DNA of 64,000 nucleotides from Macrostomum lignano (Eukaryota): NCBI GenBank assembly GCA_002269645.1, contig NIVC01000661.1, positions 330,724 to 394,723 of the forward strand, read 5' to 3'. Shown piece by piece: positions 58,002 to 64,000 of this stretch (position 1 is its first letter; each line of letters starts with the position of its first letter). The notes under the pieces were generated by a model. It saw only the letters and a program-made list of their open reading frames with translations, ran no database searches and was not told where the DNA came from. The position numbers and the translations under genes were made by a program.

Positions 58002-60149
58002 CCCAAGCATGAGAAATATTTTAACATTTTATAATAGTATAGTTATCTGCATATAAAATCTGGCATGTAATACATAAAGCAAATCTGCAAATATATTAAT
58101 CTACAAAATTAAAACTTTAATTTGACATATTACTTTAGAAAATATTTCAAAAAATAAAACAGTTATAAGCATAAACAGAAAACTCAAAAAAATTGGGTGT
58201 CAAACCCTATTGCAGCGCATGGCTTAAGTACGCCAGACGCCTACACAACCTGCGCCACGCTGTGAAATGACTTACCTGTGAAAGAAACCCTAAAGCAAAA
58301 TTAACGCAGTTTTGGGTAAACGGCAGGAGTAACTATGACTGTCTTATCAAGCGTAAATGCCTCGGCATCTAATTAGTACCACGCCGCGCTGTACTAATCG
58401 CTGCTCGCCGTACGCGCCGCGCCGCGCTGTATTAGATCCGCGCCGGACGCCGTCCACCAAAATGCCCATGCGCTGCAATCAGGGTGTCAAATCTATCAAA
58501 TTAGGCAGGCCTCATCTGAGGCATGGGAGGAACAGATTTATGCAGTTCAGTTCTCTATTGGCTTACCTATAAATAGAAGCCTCCTATAGATAGCCAGGAA
58601 GGCCTCATATTTTAGAGCCTAGCAACTCTACTATAAAGAGCTACTATTCTTCCAAGAGCTACCATGGAGGATTCTTGTAGTCCCTTCTAGAATCTATCTA
58701 GATTTAAGATTGCCTTATTGCCTATTGAGGAGCCATTAGCTACTAAACTATCCAAGAGAGTGCCCTTGAATTTATTAACAAAAATTTAGTAATAGTAGAT
58801 TTAGTAACATTCCAGAATTTAATAATGTGTGGTAAGGCAAACTACCACTAGACTTTGACTACTCACCTTGCTTGACTCATGCAATGACTTTACTTTTTTA
58901 TATGGCTCAAAATAGCTGCACTGTTGGCATGCACTTCCTTTACTCCTATTTCATTCCCTTTGTTTTTGACTTTTTGCATTATTATTTTTTGTGTCTATAG
59001 TTTGTTACTCAATTATATATTTTATTAGCTTGCAAAAACTTAGTTAACCTTAATTAACAATATTTATTCAGCATCCCAGCACAGCCGGAACTCTTGTTTA
59101 TAGCCTGTAGTCATCAGCTTATTTTAATAATAGCTAATAAAATCCATTAATCAATATTTATTAATTTAATTCACCACTAAGCCCATAAGGCCCGACATAG
59201 GCTTATATTGAGTTATTTGCTCATGGCGCATAAAACAACCAAAAGTTTCTTATCTCAAACAAAGCTATGAGAATTCAATGTTCTCTAATACATACATTAT
59301 GGTAGTGGCAATGCTACTACTCTACTGATACGAGCTGGTTATCATAAATCAACAAACCATCTTCTTATAGTACAATTATATTTATAGTCTTATATTATAG
59401 TACAATTTAATTGATCTTAATTTTATATTAAAAAGGTATAAAATATAAATCATTACTGTCAATGAATTAATTATTAATTAACTATCTAATTGTTTCTGTC
59501 AAAATACACATTGGTTGGAAAAATGGGTCCTGCACATTTGAATGGTCCATTTAGAAATCTTGGTCAGTAGGTAGCAGGTAGGCCTAATCAATTTAAAATA
59601 ACTCTAATTGTAAAGAGTTGTGACATGGTAACACTTTCCAACGAACGCATAGCATGCAGGTTTCTTTACCTTACCACGTAAGACGTAGGCACTTTTGATT
59701 CATTTTTTGTTTTCTTGACTAAATATATATATATATATATATAATATATTAGTTTTTTATAATTATATGCTTCGTTTAAAAACTCAACAGAAACAACTGC
59801 TGATATAAACAAAACTAATTCTTTGCACCTTTTGGTAGAAATGATTTGCTAGATTCTGCAGCATTTCTGCTTAATGGAGTATACATATATAACATTAAAG
59901 CAGCTTTCAGCATCCTGCTTGGCGCAATCTTACAACTAAACTTATCACTCAACTCAACGCAACTCATTTTTCGCCCATCCCAACCTCCACGCTATTGTTC
60001 AAAATTACCCAACTGCAAAGCCCCAATGGATTTTTCGCCCCAAGGACTCCTAGACTAGAGTGTTCCTAGTGGTCCTTGTTTCGCCCATGCACCTTGCAGT
60101 CCCATATGTTTGTATCCCTACAACTGAAGCCCCCACCCCATTTTACTAT

Positions 60150-60181
60150 CCAATCACAGCTGGGATAGACATGTGACGTCA
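60150..60181 (+). promoter_or_regulatory. CCAAT box plus consensus CRE upstream of the VGLUT-like gene
   Basis: CCAAT at 60150-60154 and palindromic TGACGTCA at 60174-60181, ~1.1 kb upstream of the first coding exon. A probable 5'UTR donor (tcc|gtgagt) lies near 60750. Confidence 0.4.
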
Positions 60182-61286
60182 CTCAGCTGCTAAGAAACGC
60201 AGGCCAAAGGACACGCGCGTTGATTCGTGATTCGAACTCTAAACAACCGTGATCTCTTTTAAAAACAATGGTAAATCATCCATAAAGCTAATTCGATCCT
60301 CTCCCATCTTCTTTGCTTATCGACTCCCCAAGATCCCAAACTCGCACCAAGAACCTAAGCCATGCGTTAGCGTCATACGCCAGCTCAACCACGAATCTTG
60401 AACTTCCCAGATCTACTTTAGCACCGAGAGGGACCTGCTCTTGCAATTGCGTAGCTGCCATGCCAAAAGTCAGTATTTTATAATTAATTGTTTCATATTG
60501 TTTGTGGAAGTTTTATTCACTCCCCATCCTATGAGAGCAATTACCATGAGCCCGCTGCTCGAATAGTGAATTCGGTATCGAGCTTACATGTATAAATAGT
60601 TGCTAACTTTAACCGTGACATACATGCACATTTATGCGACTATGGGTTGGGGGAGCTGCTTAACACTACAGTAGGCGAAGTCACTGTCAACCCAGACAGC
60701 GGAACCCGCTGTCGTTGGGAGCGCCCGGCCCAGCCCAGTCCGTCCTCCGTGAGTTCATATTTTTCAAAAGCTGGGCCATCTTGATTTGCTCAAGACGCGC
60801 TATCGTACATGCGCTATGGCTATGCCAACCTGCTCATTTTTCACGTGTGAACTCACAGCTGTTTTGCTTTATTTTTGAGCTTATAAGAGTAAGGTGTTAG
60901 AAGTCCTGTGCAAACTAAATTTAGTTACTGCACTATACTGTTGGCCAACTGCATTTTCAATCCTCTTCCAAGCCCTTAAGATGCAGTCGGTGCCATGCTG
61001 GGTGGGTATCGGGCTGAGAGGTGCAGAACAATTGAATCTCACAAATGCAGAGCAAGAGTCATTGCTGCCTGCACCGAATGCAATTAAAACTCATCAGGCT
61101 TGTACGCATTCTGCTACCAAAAAGCACAAACACAATTATCGAGTCGTGTGCCAAGACTCGTGCCAGCCCTCTCTAAAGCCTCTGAGTAATACACAGTATC
61201 TTCTAGCTGCAGCTTATTTAAAGCACGAAGTCTCGTGGCAAATATTCTCACTCGTAGAAGTTTCACAGTGCACATTTCAGGCAGCG

Positions 61287-63924
61287 ATGGGTAGCAGCAC
61301 TAAGGCTCGCTACGGCAGAAGATCACCTTTGACTCAATTTGCTAGCGATAGCTTCTGTCCAGCAAGATGCGGCTGCTGCAACTGCTCTCTCAAACGGTAC
61401 CTGACAGCATTTCTGTGCCACATGGGACTAATAATTATCTTCGGATTCAGGTGCAGCATTGGCGTGGCAACGGGTCACTTTCGGGACTCCGAAAGAAATG
61501 CTACGGCAGGTGCTTCAGTTGCTGTGAGTCTATTCAGCCCTCATTCAAAATAAGAAATTAGATGGCTTGGTAAATTTTGATGAACTTTCAACGCATCTTT
61601 CAAACAATTCTGCACCAAGACGCCCAATTGAAATGACAGAAATCCGGCGTTCACTGGTCGACATCTCAGCTGAGCACAGTCGAGAGCTCCTACTTCTGGG
61701 GCTATATGGTTCTACAAATTCCAGCTGGTATTGTGGCCACTAGGTATCCGGCAACGTTGGTGTACTCTTTGACCACTCTGGGGTCCTCCGTGATCAACAT
61801 ACTGCTGCCGCTGTGCATTCGGAGTAGCGCTGAGCTCACCATCGTAGCTAGAGTGCTGCAGGGTCTCTTGGAGGTGAGCGGTGCTGAGAATCTAGTAGTC
61901 ATAAAATGAAGCCAAGTGCAGTGTGATCAAACAGCTGCCATTTGAATTTTTCATCACTTGGTACATACGTCGAAGTATATACAGTACCAGTCCTCGATAG
62001 TTCACTTAGAGGCGTTGTGAATACGAATGTGGAGCGGGTAATTAAGCAGTGTACATGATAAACTTTAATGAGTTTCACGAGTATTCAACAGTTGGCCAGA
62101 GAAGACTACGCTCGAATATCTTCTTGAACTGTTCAATCCAACTTATCGTGCAAATTTTATTGCACAGCATCATTTCATGTGTTCAAATGTTGACAGCAGG
62201 CTGTCAGGTGCATGTACTACTCTCTTGGGAAGTCAAGTAGACTTTCAAATTGTCATTTGGACTTCAGCTTCCGACCAAAACTTGAAGCTTCAACTAATCG
62301 ATTGAGTAACAACGTATAAGTTTTACGTAAAGCGACACCCGTCTCACTCAGGGCTTCTCGTACCCGGCCTGCAACGGCATCCTCAGTCACTGGGCACCGC
62401 CTCTAGAGCGATCTCGTCTGTCAACCATCGTCTTCTGCGGCGGCTTCTTCGGCTCTTTCTTGGGCTTGTTGTCGTCTGGCTGGCTTAGCGAGCGCTTCGG
62501 CTGGCCCGTGATGTTCTATCTATACGGTGAGTGAGGCTGCAGCGACTTTGACACCGAAAATTGACACCGGACAAAGAGCTTGTCTTGCGCTTTATACCCA
62601 CCCCACGAGGGCCAGTCTGATGAAGAGAAAGTCAGAGCCGCTGACATGTCACTATGTGAGTGTGTCGCCGTGCGTAGCCGTGTGTAGCCATGTGCGCGCT
62701 CAGGGGTCGTTGGTGAAATGGGCATGACAAGCTAACTACATCTATATGTAACGATACTTCCCACCGATTGACTTAGGCGCCCTCGGAGTCGCTTGGTTCT
62801 GCGTTTTCACAGCCTGCGTATCCGAGAAGCCGTCTAGCGATCGATGCATCACGGATGAGGAGCGGGAGTACATCGAGATAGAAATTGGCGAGAGTTTCAG
62901 CTCTAAACACGTAGTCAGTGTTGTGTATCTGTTTACAAAAATGAGTGTAAATGTACTTCGCAACTCTCAATGCCTTACAAGCAATGTCTGTCGCGATTCA
63001 GTGACGTGTGAATGAACCAGAAGCATGCAATAGACTTGCCAATAGTGCCGTAACTCGTCTTGGAATCTTGACTTACTTGATTTAGCTGCAGGGGGTTCCG
63101 GGCATCCTCCGGTGGTGTCGGTGCCCGCAGCGCGGTTCCCTTCTGGAGAGTCCAGAAGGTGGCTGGTCGCTCGCCCGGTAGTCCTCAGGTAGCGGATGAG
63201 CTAACAGAAATTTTCGCGCCTGAAAACGTCGGGGAAGGTCCGGGTTTGGGACGACGTAGGTGAGCCTGTCCTGAGTAAAGGCGGGACATTCACGGATGAA
63301 GTGCCCCACATTCTCAACACCAGAGAGGCAAAACGGTACTACAGATTTCCCTGGAAGTGGCGATGCCTGACAAAACAGCCATGTTCCGAGAGAGCCATGC
63401 TCACTGCCCTGATTTCCCTGCGGTTGAGTCCAAGCAGAGCCCTGCGGAGGGCGGAGGAAGGACAGGGGACAGCCGCGCGGGATTGCCGGCAGTCGGGGCC
63501 GTTAGCCATGCACCTCTCCCTCTGCTTTGAAGCCACCCACTGGTTGATCCGAGTGGTGACGTTTTAGCATCAGGGGTGGGCGTAGCCAGGGTCCTTCATT
63601 GGGGTCATGTTGAACTCTTGAGGCAAGCTGACTCACCTAAGTGAGTGAGTTTCATTGATCGAGTGCATTCTGCGAAAAATTTATGAATATTAGAAGCCTA
63701 CCAACTCAAACGCTTGGATATTGCTAACGTAACCAGCCAAGAAGACGATCAGTTTATCTGCGACAAATTTTCAGATCAGCACAGCTCCGTGGCTGAAAAT
63801 ATTCACCTCAATGCCTGTCTACGCCATCATAGTGGCCAATTTCGTTCGAAACTGGACATTCTATCTCATGATCACGGAGCCAACTAAATATTTCGACGAC
63901 GTTTTCGGCTACGGCATGTCCAAG
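61287..63924 (+). CDS. Vesicular glutamate transporter/EAT-4-like SLC17 member (5' part; continues beyond window)
   Basis: Phase-consistent exons 61281/61287-61523, 61640-61873, 62352-62526, 62777-62910 and 63775-63924. They encode RYLTAF...[31 protein letters not shown]|[27 protein letters not shown] and [24 protein letters not shown]. Confidence 0.9.
63085..63540 (-). mobile_element. Degenerate 3' end of a non-LTR retrotransposon ORF (I/LOA/R1-like zinc-knuckle C-terminus), in a VGLUT intron
   Basis: [26 protein letters not shown]... followed, across a stop and frameshift, by [13 protein letters not shown]. This resembles the LL.L.R..L......LTGH.....H....C..C...E...H....CP C-terminus of these elements. 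Confidence 0.6.
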
Positions 63925-64000
63925 GTAGAAATAAGGTTAAATCTGGAATCAGGCAATTTAGATAATTTCAAGTTAGAGCCAACGCCCAAGGCTGAGACCT

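Noticed and set aside
58380-58500. CpG-rich patch and cagggtgtcaaa (hAT-like terminal motif; similar caggggtgggcgtagccaggg at ~63572)
   Set aside because: No matching second terminus or target-site duplication was found by eye.

Overview
Animal (metazoan) genomic DNA. It has GT-AG introns, GC-rich exons, and introns and intergenic spacers filled with locus-private mini- and microsatellites. This style suggests a free-living flatworm such as Macrostomum, which is an inference only. From left to right the window holds: (1) three intronless, signal-peptide-bearing rapunzel/SE-cephalotoxin-like genes in +/-/+ orientation that share near-identical inverted blocks; (2) two tandem 15-coding-exon CNG channel beta-like (CNGB/TAX-2 type) paralogues on the minus strand, flanking a ~1,800-aa ankyrin-repeat gene built on one 5.1-kb exon; (3) a PYURF/PreY-like exon with no start codon of its own; (4) an ACP5-like purple acid phosphatase head-to-head with a GT31 galactosyltransferase-like gene whose catalytic motifs are eroded; (5) DRG2 and NDUFB5; (6) the 5' part of a VGLUT/EAT-4-like SLC17 transporter. 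It also contains tRNA-derived SINEs, two remnants of one non-LTR retrotransposon, a ~150-bp palindrome and about 25 tandem arrays. All exon models were built by hand from homology recall, splice signals and phase consistency, and no searches were run. The strongest leads are the PYURF start codon possibly donated by a spliced leader (with operon-like organisation), the toxin-like trio with mosaic gene conversion, the exon-restricted homogenisation and pore divergence of the CNG pair, and the GT31 pseudoenzyme.
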